Origin: Dehalococcoidia bacterium
Lineage (GTDB): Bacteria; Chloroflexota; Dehalococcoidia; Plut-88900
Direction: 5' to 3'
Assembly: GCA_965249275.1 (NCBI GenBank)
Contig: CBDFLQ010000007.1
Location: forward strand, 896,001-960,000
DNA length: 64,000 bases
The translations under genes and the position numbers were made by a program. The notes below the pieces were generated by a model, which made no database searches, was not told the origin of the DNA, and saw only the letters and a list, made by a program, of their open reading frames with translations. Below are positions 8,561 to 20,030 of the stretch, piece after piece. The first letter of the stretch is position 1; every line of letters begins with the position of its first letter.

Positions 8561-9811
8561 TTAGGCTGGGTCGGGGGAAGCGCGTTCTGCCGATGGGGGG
8601 AGGTCCCATTTCTTGGACAGAAGGAGGGCGGCGACCGTCATAAACAGGGGGGCCATGCTGGTGATAGTGATGGCGAGTCGGACATCCGAGGTGAGGTCCT
8701 GTATGATCCCTGAGATGATCGGGCCCAGGAAGGCGCCACCCCATAGGGACATGAAGAGGGCCGAGACGGCGACGGCTGTTTCCCGGGGTTTGATGCCCGG
8801 GAGTTCGTAGGGGATGGTCGTGGCGGCGGGGAAGAAGGTCCACCCGAGGCTCTGCACCACAAACAGCAGGACCAGGATCCACAAGGGTCCTACCCAGAGC
8901 AATCCCATAGAGGAAGCGACGAGGATGATCCCGGAAAGCATGAGTACCGTCCTCTTGCCTCCCTTTCGGCTCACGTAGAATCCGACGCTGAGCCCGGTAA
9001 AGGATGTAAAGAGGCCCCCGATGCCCATCACCACCGCGGATTCGAGTTCCGACATTCCAAAATGGTCGAGGCGGAAGATGGGCCAGAATGTGGAGAAACC
9101 GGTGAAGTTGATGCCCTGGCCGAACATCCCGAAAGCAAGAAGCCAAAGTTCCTTGTAGCGTTTGACGATAGCGAAGGGGTTGATGCGTTCTACGGGAGCC
9201 TGTACAGCGGTTTCCAAGTTCTTGCCGTCCCGGCCGAGGAAGAGCCATCCTAGGTTCAGGGCAAGGAGGCTCGATCCAACAACGTAGGAAGCGTTGCGCC
9301 AGCTATCATCCAGCACCTCGATGAGCAGGGGCACGGCCATAATGCCGAGAGCCACGAAGCCCCACATGAAGTTGCCCATGGTGTTGGCAATTACGATCTC
9401 CCGGGGCGGGACCCAGCGGCGGATGAGCATGACCCAGGCGGGTTCTCGGGCAACGGCGGTTATGCCGTAGAGGAACCTGCCGAGGAGCAGCAAGACATAG
9501 ATCGGGGCCCAGGCCTGGAAAAATATGAGGCCCGCGGCACAGAAGAGGCTGATGGTGGTGATGTGCTTGGGGTTGAAACGGCTAAGGAACCAGCCGAATG
9601 GAACGGCCAGAAGGACATTGGCGAGCTGGGATGCGCCGCCCAGGAAGCCTTCCTGCAAGCCCGTCAGTCCAAATTCCTCACGAATGCTGGGCAGCATCAG
9701 GCCAAGGCTGGACAGGAAGACAAAGCTCCAGAGATGGGGCAGCATCCAGGAACTGAGCACGACCCATCGGTATCGGGGGTAGACGGGGGTAGAGGCGTAG
9801 GCTGTAGTCAT
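8561..9811 (-). CDS. MFS transporter
   Basis: About 12 hydrophobic segments, YRWVVL start, LLLGRFLYG motif B. Confidence 0.88.
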   Translation of the reverse strand: MTTAYASTPVYPRYRWVVLSSWMLPHLWSFVFLSSLGLMLPSIREEFGLTGLQEGFLGGASQLANVLLAVPFGWFLSRFNPKHITTISLFCAAGLIFFQAWAPIYVLLLLGRFLYGITAVAREPAWVMLIRRWVPPREIVIANTMGNFMWGFVALGIMAVPLLIEVLDDSWRNASYVVGSSLLALNLGWLFLGRDGKNLETAVQAPVERINPFAIVKRYKELWLLAFGMFGQGINFTGFSTFWPIFRLDHFGMSELESAVVMGIGGLFTSFTGLSVGFYVSRKGGKRTVLMLSGIILVASSMGLLWVGPLWILVLLFVVQSLGWTFFPAATTIPYELPGIKPRETAVAVSALFMSLWGGAFLGPIISGIIQDLTSDVRLAITITSMAPLFMTVAALLLSKKWDLPPSAERASPDPA

Positions 9812-9896
9812 CGACTCGGGCCCCGATTGGCGCGGAGGCCCTGGTCAAGTGCCCCTGAATTACCGGGCAGTTTCATTGCTGTAAGGCGGCGCAAGT

Positions 9897-10154
9897 CTAT
9901 GCCTGCACCATGGCCTTTCGGGACCGCAAGAGGTTTATGAGTCCGACTACGGCCACCATGGTCCAGGTGCCCTCCAGTATCACGAAGGGGAAGAAGTCGA
10001 TGAGGATTGAGGCGGTGCAGGCCAGCGCTCCCCCGACAAGGTTGAGAAGGATGTATTTGTAGGTGCGGCGTTGCATCAGGCCAAACAGGTTGAGAGAGAA
10101 CCCAACAAGAATCATGCTTACGCCTATGGTACCCAGCACTTCGGCAAACGACAT
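9897..10154 (-). CDS. Small membrane protein (CBU_0592-like)
   Basis: Three hydrophobic helices, G.IGV...L..F...Y.LLNLVG...FVILE..W pattern. Confidence 0.7.
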   Translation of the reverse strand: MSFAEVLGTIGVSMILVGFSLNLFGLMQRRTYKYILLNLVGGALACTASILIDFFPFVILEGTWTMVAVVGLINLLRSRKAMVQA

Positions 10155-10217
10155 TTCAGTCCTCGAACGTGGTGCAGTTTTTGACAGGGGAGTGGGTCGG
10201 CACCCGATTAGGTTACC

Positions 10218-10739
10218 TTAACCCCACAGCTTGGAGAAGTTTAACGCCCTGGGACAATGCCCATATGCCTCTTCAATGGTCACCATGATCCCCTGCTGCA
10301 CTTTCGAGTTGTCGTCCGGGTTGTGGACTTCCAGCTCGACTTCCAAACGTGCAAGCTCTTCTTTGCTCACGAATTCCATCGTCCCGTTCACGCGCACCGT
10401 ATCTCCGATGCCGGGAATGAAGAAGATCAGACCGATGTGGGGATTGTCCGTCATGTTCAGATAGGACTGGAACAGCCTGTTGCCGGCAACGTCGGGGATA
10501 AGCAGGCGGGTGTCGTCCAAGACCTTTACGAAACCAGGCATACCGCCCTTAGGCGATGCGTCGCAGGTGCCGTCGGCGCTGCTTGTGGCCATTACAAGAA
10601 ATGGCGATTGTTGGATGAATTCCTTTTCCTTGTCAGAGAGGAAAGACTTGACCTTCGTCGCCGGCCTCTTCTTGGGGAACCCGAATTCGCGGGTAAACTT
10701 ATTGTCAAATGTCTTTTCTATGTTTTGTACTTCGATCAT
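10218..10739 (-). CDS. Pyridoxamine 5'-phosphate oxidase-related FMN-binding protein
   Basis: FIQQSPFLVMAT....CDASPKGG.PGFV, PD..GN....S..N...NPHIGL.F, HCPRA; start reset to ATG 10739. Confidence 0.85.
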   Translation of the reverse strand: MIEVQNIEKTFDNKFTREFGFPKKRPATKVKSFLSDKEKEFIQQSPFLVMATSSADGTCDASPKGGMPGFVKVLDDTRLLIPDVAGNRLFQSYLNMTDNPHIGLIFFIPGIGDTVRVNGTMEFVSKEELARLEVELEVHNPDDNSKVQQGIMVTIEEAYGHCPRALNFSKLWG

Positions 10740-10759
10740 CTCATTACTCTCCAACACAG

Positions 10760-11908
10760 TCAGCCCAGGCCATATAGCTCTGCGGCATTTGTATATGTGA
10801 TCCGCCTCTGTTCCAGCTCCGTAAGTCCTCCCAACACATGAGTCAGCACCTGCCTTGATCGGGGCCAGGTCGACTCTCGGTGGGGGTAGTCCGACCCCCA
10901 CATTACCCTATCGACCCCTACCATAGAAAGTAGCGGCACGAATACAGGGTCCTCCATGAAGGTGAAAAGAACGTTCTGTCTTATGAAGTCACTCGGGAGT
11001 TTGCCGTCCTTGAAGCGTATTTCCGTCACGTATCCATGCTCAGAATAGGTCATGTCCATGCGGTGTATGAAGTGCGGCGCCCAGCCTACGTCGTGCTCTA
11101 CTACAGCCAACCGGAGGCCAGGGTAACGTTCGAACACGCCTGCGAAGACCATGTCGGCAACGGAGCGCATGGCCCAATAGTGGTACGTAGATCTGAAGGC
11201 TGCGTCACCGGACTTCTGCACGGTCATGGCAAAGTCGCCAATGCTGAACCTGCCGGGCCCCGGCCTTTCAGAACCTGCGTGCATGCTCAGAGGCATACAC
11301 AAATCCTCGGCCTTTTCCCAAAACGAGTTGTAGAAGGGTAGACGGTAGGGCGATTCATCTCCTGGATAGGTAGGTATGGCTGCGGAGCGCAATCCTAACT
11401 TGGAGCACCTGTGCAGTTCATCTACAGCATCCTCGGTGTTTTCTACGTTTATAAGGGCTGCGCCGGCCAGCTTACTTGGATAAGCCCCGACAAATTCAGA
11501 CGTCCAGTCGTTCACCGCGCGAAAACAGGCCGACATCAGTTCTCCACCGACTGGCGAAGTATAGATGCGGGTCCCGATGGTCGAGTAGACCATCTCGGCC
11601 TCAACACCGTCCTCTGCCATGGCCTCCAACCTTGCGCCAGGGTCGTAGCCAGCCTCGGGGACCTCTTCCATGCGGGCGGCGAGACCAAGGTTCGACAATC
11701 CCTCATACCGACGCCCAGCCTGCGAAGGCGCACCCAACGACCCCAAATTAACCCCATCTCCCACCACCCAGCGATGCACTCCATCTTCCTCTACAAGCCT
11801 CGGGGCGGCATCCTTGAACCGGTTATCTATCCTCTCCTCCCAGAGGTCGGGAGGTTCTACAACGTGGGAGTCAGCAGAGATCAGCGAGGTTATGGCCATA
11901 GTCTTCAT
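10760..11908 (-). CDS. Amidohydrolase_2 family protein
   Basis: ISADSHVVEPPDLW, GVFERYP.L, WGSDYPH.ESTWP. Confidence 0.93.
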   Translation of the reverse strand: MKTMAITSLISADSHVVEPPDLWEERIDNRFKDAAPRLVEEDGVHRWVVGDGVNLGSLGAPSQAGRRYEGLSNLGLAARMEEVPEAGYDPGARLEAMAEDGVEAEMVYSTIGTRIYTSPVGGELMSACFRAVNDWTSEFVGAYPSKLAGAALINVENTEDAVDELHRCSKLGLRSAAIPTYPGDESPYRLPFYNSFWEKAEDLCMPLSMHAGSERPGPGRFSIGDFAMTVQKSGDAAFRSTYHYWAMRSVADMVFAGVFERYPGLRLAVVEHDVGWAPHFIHRMDMTYSEHGYVTEIRFKDGKLPSDFIRQNVLFTFMEDPVFVPLLSMVGVDRVMWGSDYPHRESTWPRSRQVLTHVLGGLTELEQRRITYTNAAELYGLG

Positions 11909-12017
11909 GCGGTGCTCTTAAGGAGTCGTGGGTCTCCATAGATTACAGGCAGACTGGGCATCTGGCCTCTGTCCAGTGGCCGGGGAATGCAGGGCTGTCG
12001 GGGCCTATTGGGGGCTT

Positions 12018-12034
12018 GCGGAGAGGATGGGATT
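12018..12034 (-). repeat. Distal att site: duplicated tRNA-Ser 3' end
   Basis: 16/17 identity with 35827-35843. Confidence 0.8.
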
Positions 12035-12318
12035 AGTATTTAGCTACGAACTACCTACAATTTGGTGTTCATTCCCACAATGCTTACCACACTCATAGGG
12101 CGAAAGTAACGCCCCTGAAGATTGCCACGCAATGTATGGTATCACGCCTTCACCTATGACTATGACCGGAGCGACTGGATCTGGTTTGCGGAACGCATCT
12201 AAGTGCCGGTCGCGTTGGGCCTTGATTAGAAGTTCGAGTCTGATCAAGCACACCTGAGCGTACTGTATTGCGAAGTATTCGGTGGGTAGTGCCAATTTAG
12301 GTTGTGTTCTCAGAAGTT

Positions 12319-13557
12319 GAGATCTTTGCATAACCTTGGGATAGGGGCAACAATAAGGTGCTTGAGCATCGATGTATGAGGAGGGTGGTATGCACCGAGA
12401 CATGGGCCAATCTTCATTAGCGGAATCGTTGTTGCCTGAGACCTTGGGTAACAATGAACGGCTGCAACGAATCGACGATGCGGTGGACTGGGGTCGGTTC
12501 GGCCGGTTGGTTGTGGGAGTCTACTCGGCGTGTGAAGGAAGGCCTAGCTATCCACCGCTGACGATGGTCAAGGTGCTATTGCTGGAGCAGTGGTACAACC
12601 TGTCGGATCCTCAGATGGAGGAGGCTCTGGGGGACCGGATATCGTTCCGGCGGTTTGTGGGGCTGGGGCTTCAGGATGACACACCTGACCACTCTACGAT
12701 GAGCCGGTTCCGGGCCATGTTGACGGAGATAGGGGTTGTGGAAGGGTTGATGGAAGAGTTGAACAGGCAGCTAGAGGAGAAGGGGATGATGGTGAAGGCT
12801 GGGACGCTGATGGATGCGACGCTAGTGGAGTCCCAGGGGAGGCGGGTGTCAAAGAAAGAAGAGGCAACGGATAAGGATGCGGCATGGGCACGTAAGGGAG
12901 GACGGAATTACTACGGGTACAAGGTGCATGTTGGGGTGGACGAGGGGAGTGGGCTGATACGGAAGGCGGTGTTGACGCCGGCCAACCTGAACGACACGGA
13001 GGTGGCCGACGAGTTAATAATGGGAGACGAGGGGGCGGTGCACGCTGATCGGGCGTACGACACGCATGAGAGGAGGCAGAAGCTGAAGTCTATGGGGATA
13101 GGGGACAGGACAATGAAGAGGGGGAACAAGCATCATCCTGAAGTTAGTGAAGAGGATAGGGAACGGAACGAGCTGATATCGAGGGTGAGGGCCAGAGTGG
13201 AGAAGGTGTTCGGGACACTGAAGCGGACATACGGATACAGTCGGGTGCGCTACGGAGATGTGGTTGAAGTGCATGGCCTACAATCTGCGCAGGGCAGATC
13301 GGATAGTGCTAAATGGAACGTGAGAAAGTGGCGGAGCAGTGGGCTATGCAGGAACGTCTGTTATTGAAACAGCCTCCTGGGGACGTTCTGGCTGTTAGCA
13401 GACGCCGGAATTCCCCATCCCAAGGCATAAGATCACCGACCTTAGCAACTGAGACATCCCAAAATCACAACATCGTGAGTTACGTAAAGGTCTCATCGAG
13501 GGAGAGGGTATAGGACTCCGCCCCACGCCCTCTCCCTTGGGGTTATGCAAACGTCTC
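12319..13557 (+). mobile_element. Degenerate IS5-family element
   Basis: IR GAGATCTTTGCATAACC (12319-12335) versus GGTTATGCAAACGTCTC (13541-13557); a second IR-like end at 13479-13494; no clear target duplication. Confidence 0.7.
12390..13323 (+). pseudogene. IS5-family transposase with C-terminal deletion/frameshift
   Basis: GRPSYP, YNLSDP..EE.L.DR.SFRRF.G, DAT.V, GYKVHVGVD, RA.VEKVFG..KR; after RVRYG the conserved tail (EMWLKCMAYNLRRA) is in another frame. Confidence 0.85.
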
Positions 13558-13918
13558 AAGTCGGGAGAGGCTTTTACCAGTTCGAATCCAGGCAGGTGGA
13601 CTCCGACACTAAATCCCGCTTACAGTGGCGCTACCGCGGCGGCTTTTCACCGCCTTCCCTATTCTCCCTGGATGGGCACCTGAACGGGGAGTGGTCTGTG
13701 TTTATGATTTGGAGTTGAGGATATTGGCACGGGAGCGAAGTGTCAAGGGTCGGCATTAGTACGGGATTTCTGTTGCTTTTGGCTATGGCGTGGTTACACA
13801 ATGTTGCGTGATTTGGCAGGTAGGCGACATCATCTGTAAGCCGAGCGAGATAACAGCACTGTTTTGCGACTGAATCGGGCGACATTGTTCCGCTACGCCA
13901 CGAGGATTTCCAGCTAGC

Positions 13919-14422
13919 ATGGATTTGTACGTACTAAGGCACGGCGTCGCAGCCGACCGAGATTGGACCGAGTACCCCAACGACGACCTGCGACCATTGA
14001 CGGACCACGGGACAGCAAAACTGGCTCAACAGGTTAAGGGGCTGAATGCTATTGGTCTCTCATTAGACCTGATGATAACCAGCCCCTTGGTGCGGGCTGA
14101 ACAGACGGCTCAGATAGTCCGGGATGGCCTTGCGAGGCCCGGCGAGCTAGTGACGGCCAATACCCTCGTTCCGGAAGCGCATCCCTATCTGTTCTTGGAA
14201 GAACTGGCTTCAAAGCACCGAACCAGGGCAAGCGTGATGGTGGTCGGGCACGAACCGCACCTGAGCAGCTTTGTCTCGATGGTGGTGAGCGGGGACCCGA
14301 GCGGGTTAATTCGCCTAAAAAAGGGTGCGTTGTGCAAGCTCAGGCTGGCATCACTGGATGGCACGCGTTGCGGGTGGCTCGAATGGCTGATGACGCCCGA
14401 CCAGATGATTAGGCTCGGCTAA
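13919..14422 (+). CDS. sixA: Phosphohistidine phosphatase SixA
   Basis: LYVLRHG, RPLT..G, TSPL.RA.QTA, VVGHEP. Confidence 0.88.
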   Translation: MDLYVLRHGVAADRDWTEYPNDDLRPLTDHGTAKLAQQVKGLNAIGLSLDLMITSPLVRAEQTAQIVRDGLARPGELVTANTLVPEAHPYLFLEELASKHRTRASVMVVGHEPHLSSFVSMVVSGDPSGLIRLKKGALCKLRLASLDGTRCGWLEWLMTPDQMIRLG

Positions 14423-14569
14423 CGGTCGGTGAGAAGCAAGTCCGAGCATTCACTGTTCCGGACTGTTCAAGAGTCCTTCATAGACAATGATTGACGCGCC
14501 GTGTCGTAAGGGTTAAGACTTGCAGATACTGTCAGTGAGCTTTAGAACTTCAGGAATGTGGGACTGAAT

Positions 14570-15495
14570 ATGAACAACCGAAAGCTCCAACAGAAGAAGA
14601 GGTCCTGGGATATGCAAACAGCTGCTCAAACTGGGGTAGATGGGGTGCCGACGACCAGCTTGGAACGCTGAACCTGGTAACCGAGGAGAAGCGTCGGCGG
14701 GCGGCGGAGCTTGTGGAAGACGGCAAGTCCGTTTCTTGTGCATGGACTATATCCAAGGACCTGCACGGGGAGACTATGTCCCAGGCGCTCCATTACATGA
14801 CGGAGACCGGGGAGGCGGGGCCTGACGCCGAAGAATCAGGTGACTTTATGGGTGTGGCGTACCACAGCAACTCCATCACGCACGTCGATGCGCTCTGCCA
14901 CATCTTTACCGAGGGCAAAATGTACAACGGCCTCCCGGCCAACCTGGTGAAGAGCGGAACCGGGGCTGAGGCGGAGTCGATAGAACTCTTGGCGCAGGGG
15001 GTCGTTACCCGGGGCGTGCTATTGGACATTCCCAGGCTGCGGGGTGTGAAGTGGCTGATGGAACCGGAACCCATCTTTCCCGAAGAACTGGAGGAGGCGG
15101 AGAAGGCCCAGGGTGTGAGGGTGGAATCCGGGGACATATTGCTGATTCGCACCGGACACCTGGCACGGTGCTACTCAGGGGAATTGTCGGCGTCAGATGA
15201 ACCGAGGCCCGGGCCACATGCTTCGTGCATACCCTGGTGGAAGGAACGGGACATAGCGATGCTGGCCGGAGACCAGTCCAACGAGGTATGGCCGTCGGGC
15301 TACGAGGGCATCCGGTCGCCGAATCATGCGATAGCCATACCTCACATGGGGCTTTGGCTCATCGACAATGCCAATTTAGAGGACCTCGCGGTGGAATGTG
15401 TTAGGCGGAATCGATGGGAATTCATGATGGTTGTGGCTCCCCTCAGGTTCCATAATGCGACCGGGTCACCGGCTAATCCGCTGGCGATATTTTAG
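14570..15495 (+). pseudogene. Cyclase-family (kynurenine formamidase-like) protein, 1-nt frameshift just after the start
   Basis: Conserved NWGRWGADDQLGTLNL lies upstream of the called GTG (14713) and out of frame with ATG 14570; H....THVDAL.H and TGSPANP motifs intact. Confidence 0.75.
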
Positions 15496-15621
15496 CTTGC
15501 GTCTGCCAAAGCAGAAGGAAGCGGGTAAGGTAACACACGCCCAGCTCGGGAATTGGTGTACCGGCCACTGTCTTAACTGGACTATTGAGGCCGGATCAAG
15601 TAGCAAAAGAGGACAAATTTC

Positions 15622-16062
15622 ATGAAGATGACCGAAGAGCAAGTGCGTCGATTCCTGGACGAACCCCGAATCGCCAGGGTGGCTTCGAACAGCCCCGACG
15701 GTTTCCCCTTTCTGATTGCCACCTGGTATTTGTATGAGGACGACAAACTGCTCTTTTTCTGCGGAAGGGCTGCGCCGAGGGCCAAGGCACTCCAAAATGA
15801 TGCAAGGATGGCGTTTCTCATCGACGATGATCACTACCCCTATAGGCAGGTCACTTTGCAGGGCTCGGGGCACGTGGAGAAATCCGAGTCCAAAGCGGGA
15901 GTGTATATTGAGCGAATTTGCATAAGGTATCTCGGACCTGACGCAGGGCTCAGGTATTCGGAATCGTTAAAGCAGTCAATCAATCCCGTCCTTGTAGGAG
16001 TCGAGGTATCCAAGCTGATTTCGTGGGACTACTACACGGGTGGGTACAGGACGAAGGCCTAA
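15622..16062 (+). CDS. PNPOx-family (possibly F420-dependent) oxidoreductase
   Basis: MT.E....FL...RIA.VA....DG.P, ...PY..V...G, ISWD. Confidence 0.8.
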   Translation: MKMTEEQVRRFLDEPRIARVASNSPDGFPFLIATWYLYEDDKLLFFCGRAAPRAKALQNDARMAFLIDDDHYPYRQVTLQGSGHVEKSESKAGVYIERICIRYLGPDAGLRYSESLKQSINPVLVGVEVSKLISWDYYTGGYRTKA

Positions 16063-16084
16063 GGATAGCCACTCACAAGCGCCC

Positions 16085-17415
16085 ATGAAGAGGGCTTTAG
16101 ACGGGATACGCATCCTTGATTTGGCTGGGGAGGAAGGGCAACTTTGCGGTCGGTTGCTAGCCGATTTGCGGGCGGAAGTCATCAAGGTAGAACCTACCCA
16201 AGGTGACCCGGCAAGGCGTATAGGCCCGTTCAGGCGCGGGGCGCCGGATGACGAGGCAAGCCTGCGATTTCTCCACCTGAACAGCAACAAGAAGAGTGTA
16301 ACCCTTGACCTGACTGCGGGCCAGGGTAGGGAGCAACTAAGAAGGCTGGCCCATACGGCCGATGCCATAATCAAGACCTCGGTGGAAGGGGCTCTTGGGT
16401 ATGAAAGCCTGAGAGAGGAAAACCCGAGTCTTGTTGTGGCGTCGATCACGGGGTTCGGGCTCGATGGGCCTTACAGCCGCTTCAAGGCGCCGGGTATCGT
16501 GGTATCGGCGATGGGTGGTGTGATGTATTTGTGTGGTTCGCCGGATCGGGTGCCATTGGCCGAGCCGGAATACCAACCCTACCAGCTTGCGTCTACTTAC
16601 GCAGCATTTGGGCTGCTCATGGCCTTGAGACACCGGGAGAGCACGGGGCAAGGGCAGCGGGTCGATGTGTCGTGCCAAGAGGTTAGCGCGTCGCAGCAGC
16701 ACGTAGTCGTGAACTACAGCCCCAACGGAGCGGTCCTGGTGCGAGAGGGAAACCGGGGACCCTTGGGCGGAGGCATGCCGGAGGGCGTCTATCCGGGCAG
16801 TGACGGTTTCTGCCACGTCGTAATCATTCCTCGGGGGCACTGGCACGGTCTGCTCGAATGGATGGGCAGGCCGGAGGCTCTCATGGACCCGATTTGGGAG
16901 AACCGGCACGTATGCAATGCAAATCTCGAATTCATAGAACCCCAAGTACTGGAGTTCATGAGGGGGTTGTCCAAAGATGAACTGTTCCGAAAAGGACAGG
17001 AATATCGGATCCCAATTGGCCCAATCAACCGACCCAACGAATTCACCGGAGACCCCTATGCAATAGAAAGGGGGTTTGTTCGTGCACGTAGAGGACGGGG
17101 TGTCGGGAATAAGCAGGCTTGTGTGCAGTCCGTTCAGGATGAGCAAGACGCCCGGCAGTATCTTCTCGCCTGCTCCCGGCTTAGGTGAACATAACGAAGA
17201 AGCCTTAACACCAACAATGGCAGCCGGAGCGCCCGCACGACCTCCTTCAATTGAAGCAGGGCGGACAGATAAGCCCGGCAAGGATTTACCACTTCAAGGC
17301 ATTCGCGTACTGGACTTCACTTTTGCCATAGCAGGGCCGGTCCTGACGCAAGTCTTGGGAGAGAACGGGGCGGAGGTGATAAAAGTTGAGTCGGAGGCCA
17401 GGCAGCAGAGGGGTC
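16085..17415 (+). pseudogene. Two-domain family III CoA-transferase, frameshifted and truncated
   Basis: Domain 1 ALDGIRILDL..NSNKKSVTLDL; frameshift near 17076; domain 2 [19 protein letters not shown] breaks off near 17415. Confidence 0.85.
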
Positions 17416-18007
17416 GGAGATTGCGTCGGAGATGACTGAGGCTGGGATAGAGGTAACAGTCTCCATCCAGTCGGGGGCTAATGTTATTCCGAAGAGCATA
17501 GTGGGCATACCGACCCAGTATTTCGGCTGGGTGATGTCGTGTGTCCCGACGCCCGCACAAAGGCGCGTTGTGGGTGGGATGGGGCTGATAGGCGGCTTGC
17601 TGAGGCCAGGGTCGGCCCGGCTACCGAGAAAACAGATGAAGGATGACTGCCCGGACGTCCCTGTGATCGGTCGCGGGATCCTGGACCATATCGAAGCGGG
17701 TCGGATAAAGTTGAAGCCCGGGGTGGCTAAAATGGCCGAGGGCGGTGTTCGTTTCACAGATGGTTCCGAGTGGGCAGGGGACCAGGTGATACTTGCGACC
17801 GGATATCGTGCGGCAATTGAATGGATGGGTGTTTACGGGGCCAGAGATGAGTGTGGGTTCGGCGATCGGAGAGACAGGGTGTGCAGCGCTAACCATTCGG
17901 GGCTGTATTTCATCGGCCACAACTACGATGGACGAGGCGGTCTCTACAATATTCGCATTGATGCAAAACGGGTGGCACGAGTTATTGCATCGAACTACCG
18001 TAGGTAG
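17416..18007 (+). pseudogene. C-terminal fragment of a flavin-containing monooxygenase
   Basis: V.FTDG....D.VILATGY and GLYFIG motifs; N-terminal GxGxxG FAD motif absent. Confidence 0.75.
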
Positions 18008-18412
18008 TCGGCGAATGCCCAAAGAGCAATGGCCAGGACCATGTGGAACCAGATCGGGATGGTGCGTTTGAACCACCTGCGCTTGGGGCGCAACGCCATA
18101 GTCAGGACGTAGCGGAGGGCCATCGACACGAAGTAGACCCCGGAAATGACAACTAGAATTGGCGCAGCTCGGCCCCAGCCGTCAGTCGCGAAAAATGGCT
18201 CATCCTGATAGACTGCCAGAGTTACCGCAATCATGATCGCCAGAAAGAGCAGCTGAGCCGGCAGTAGAAATCTGTAGGGCAGAAGCCCCGAGTACCAGTG
18301 CTCGTTGGAAGGAAGCCAACAGGGGGGCTCGGGTCACTACCAATGCTTGCCCAAGCACGCGCAAAGCGAACAAAGAAGTGCAGACTGCAAGTATGAGGAA
18401 GTTGTAGGACAT
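17995..18412 (-). pseudogene. Hypothetical membrane protein, frameshifted at a homopolymer
   Basis: FALRVLGQ.. continues in another frame as WYSGLLPY..LL..Q...IPIWFHMVLA; break at the G-run near 18322. Confidence 0.6.
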
Positions 18413-18562
18413 TGTTCCGATGAACGTAAGGCCACGGCGGGACGCCGAACATTGCATAATCTGGCGTCGGGAGCCTGCACCAGCATATAATTTCCTTGTA
18501 CACCAGGGGTTGTGAACAACCATACGGGGAATGGATCCCCAAAATAGTCCAAGGAGTGAGAC

Positions 18563-19531
18563 ATGACGGTTGCAAATGGTTCGAGGACGTTGAAGGTCGG
18601 GTTGGAGTTGCCCCAGATGGAGGGCTTTCGGGGCGCGGGGGTGAAGGGTTGGAAGGAAGTTAGCGAGATGGCCGTTCTGGCCGAACAGGTGGGCTTTGAC
18701 TCGGTGTGGTTTTTCGATCATCTTCTCTACTCGCTGCGGGGTGAAGATAGGCCATCGGGAGTGTGGGAAGTGTGGTCGCTGGTCTCAGCGGTGGCGGCGA
18801 TAACCGAACGGGTTGAGATAGGAACCCTTGTAATGGCGATGGGATGGCGCAATCCTGCGCTTCTGGCAAAGATGGTATCCACAGTCGAAGAGATAAGTGG
18901 AGGCAGGTTTATCCTGGGACTCGGGTCCGGGTACCACAAGCTCGAGTACGATGCCTTTGGATTTCCTTTCGACTATAAGGTGAGCCGCTTCGAAGAGGCG
19001 ATCCAGATAGTCCACGGGTTGCTGCGAAACGGGGAGATCGACTTTGAGGGACGGTTCCACAGTGCGCGGGAATGTGAGCTTCGACCCCTCGGGCCACGGG
19101 AGGGCGGGCCCCCCATTTTGATTGGGACCATTAAACCCCGGATGCTTTCGTTAACCGCCAAGTATGCCGATGCCTGGAATGCATACTACGCCCACACTTC
19201 TAACAGCCTAGAAGGAGCAATAGAGCTTCGTGAGATTGTGGACGCGGCGTGCCGTAAGGAGGGTCGGGACCCGTCGACACTTGAGCGCACCGTAACGGTC
19301 CTAATCGCAGACGCCACGGCAGACCCCTGGTGGGACCGGCTCCCCTCGGCGCAGTTGATTGATCAGCCTCCGCTGAAGCCCCTGGCCGGTCCTCCTGAAG
19401 AAATAGCACGAATCCTGAGGGAGTACGAGCGGGAAGGAGTGGCCCACATTCAGATCGGCCTGGAGCCAACCACGCTGAAGACCATTGAAGAGCTGGGCCA
19501 GATATTGGAGGCTCTGGACGCGGCCTCGTAA
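18563..19531 (+). CDS. LLM-class flavin-dependent oxidoreductase
   Basis: AEQVGFDSVW..DH, RNPALLAKM..TV.EISGGRF.LGLG.G; SD AAGGAG. Confidence 0.92.
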   Translation: MTVANGSRTLKVGLELPQMEGFRGAGVKGWKEVSEMAVLAEQVGFDSVWFFDHLLYSLRGEDRPSGVWEVWSLVSAVAAITERVEIGTLVMAMGWRNPALLAKMVSTVEEISGGRFILGLGSGYHKLEYDAFGFPFDYKVSRFEEAIQIVHGLLRNGEIDFEGRFHSARECELRPLGPREGGPPILIGTIKPRMLSLTAKYADAWNAYYAHTSNSLEGAIELREIVDAACRKEGRDPSTLERTVTVLIADATADPWWDRLPSAQLIDQPPLKPLAGPPEEIARILREYEREGVAHIQIGLEPTTLKTIEELGQILEALDAAS

Positions 19532-19545
19532 GCCCTATCAGAAGC

Positions 19546-20030
19546 CTAGCCGACCCCATCAAAGGCGTGTTCTGACATAGCTCGCTCAACGAATCGGTCT
19601 GCATCCTCTTCCAGGATGAGACGTTCCTCCACCAGCCACTGAGAGGCAAGGACAACTAACTTTACGTAGCGGGCTCGAGACCCGTAGCGCTCTTGAAGGG
19701 AAGGGCGAGGGTCACCTTTTTCGAGTCGTTCCTCACGGGTCGTGGCAAAGGGCAGAAAGCTCCCGTTCACTGCTGCCATCGCCCCTCAGCAGCACCCTGA
19801 GGCCTGAAATTCCAGCCGGTGTATGTGGCCAGCGGGACGTCTAGTTCGGGGCCCCTGATGCCAGGAACGTCGTTCCCGTCGGCATCCACCTGGGGGACGA
19901 GCACCGTGTATTCCTTTCCTTTGTCTTCGATGGGAGGCTCGACGGTCAATACACCCTGATCGAAATCCGGGCCGTGGTTCTGGACGTAGAGGCGGTTTGG
20001 GGAAGACGGAGGTGTTACCCCGGTGATGGC
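19546..20030 (-). pseudogene. C-terminal fragment of an alpha/beta-hydrolase-domain protein
   Basis: LVPQVDADGND..GIR.P...VPLATYTGWN, then frameshift to GS..PFA.T...R...GDPRPSL.ERY. Confidence 0.7.
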
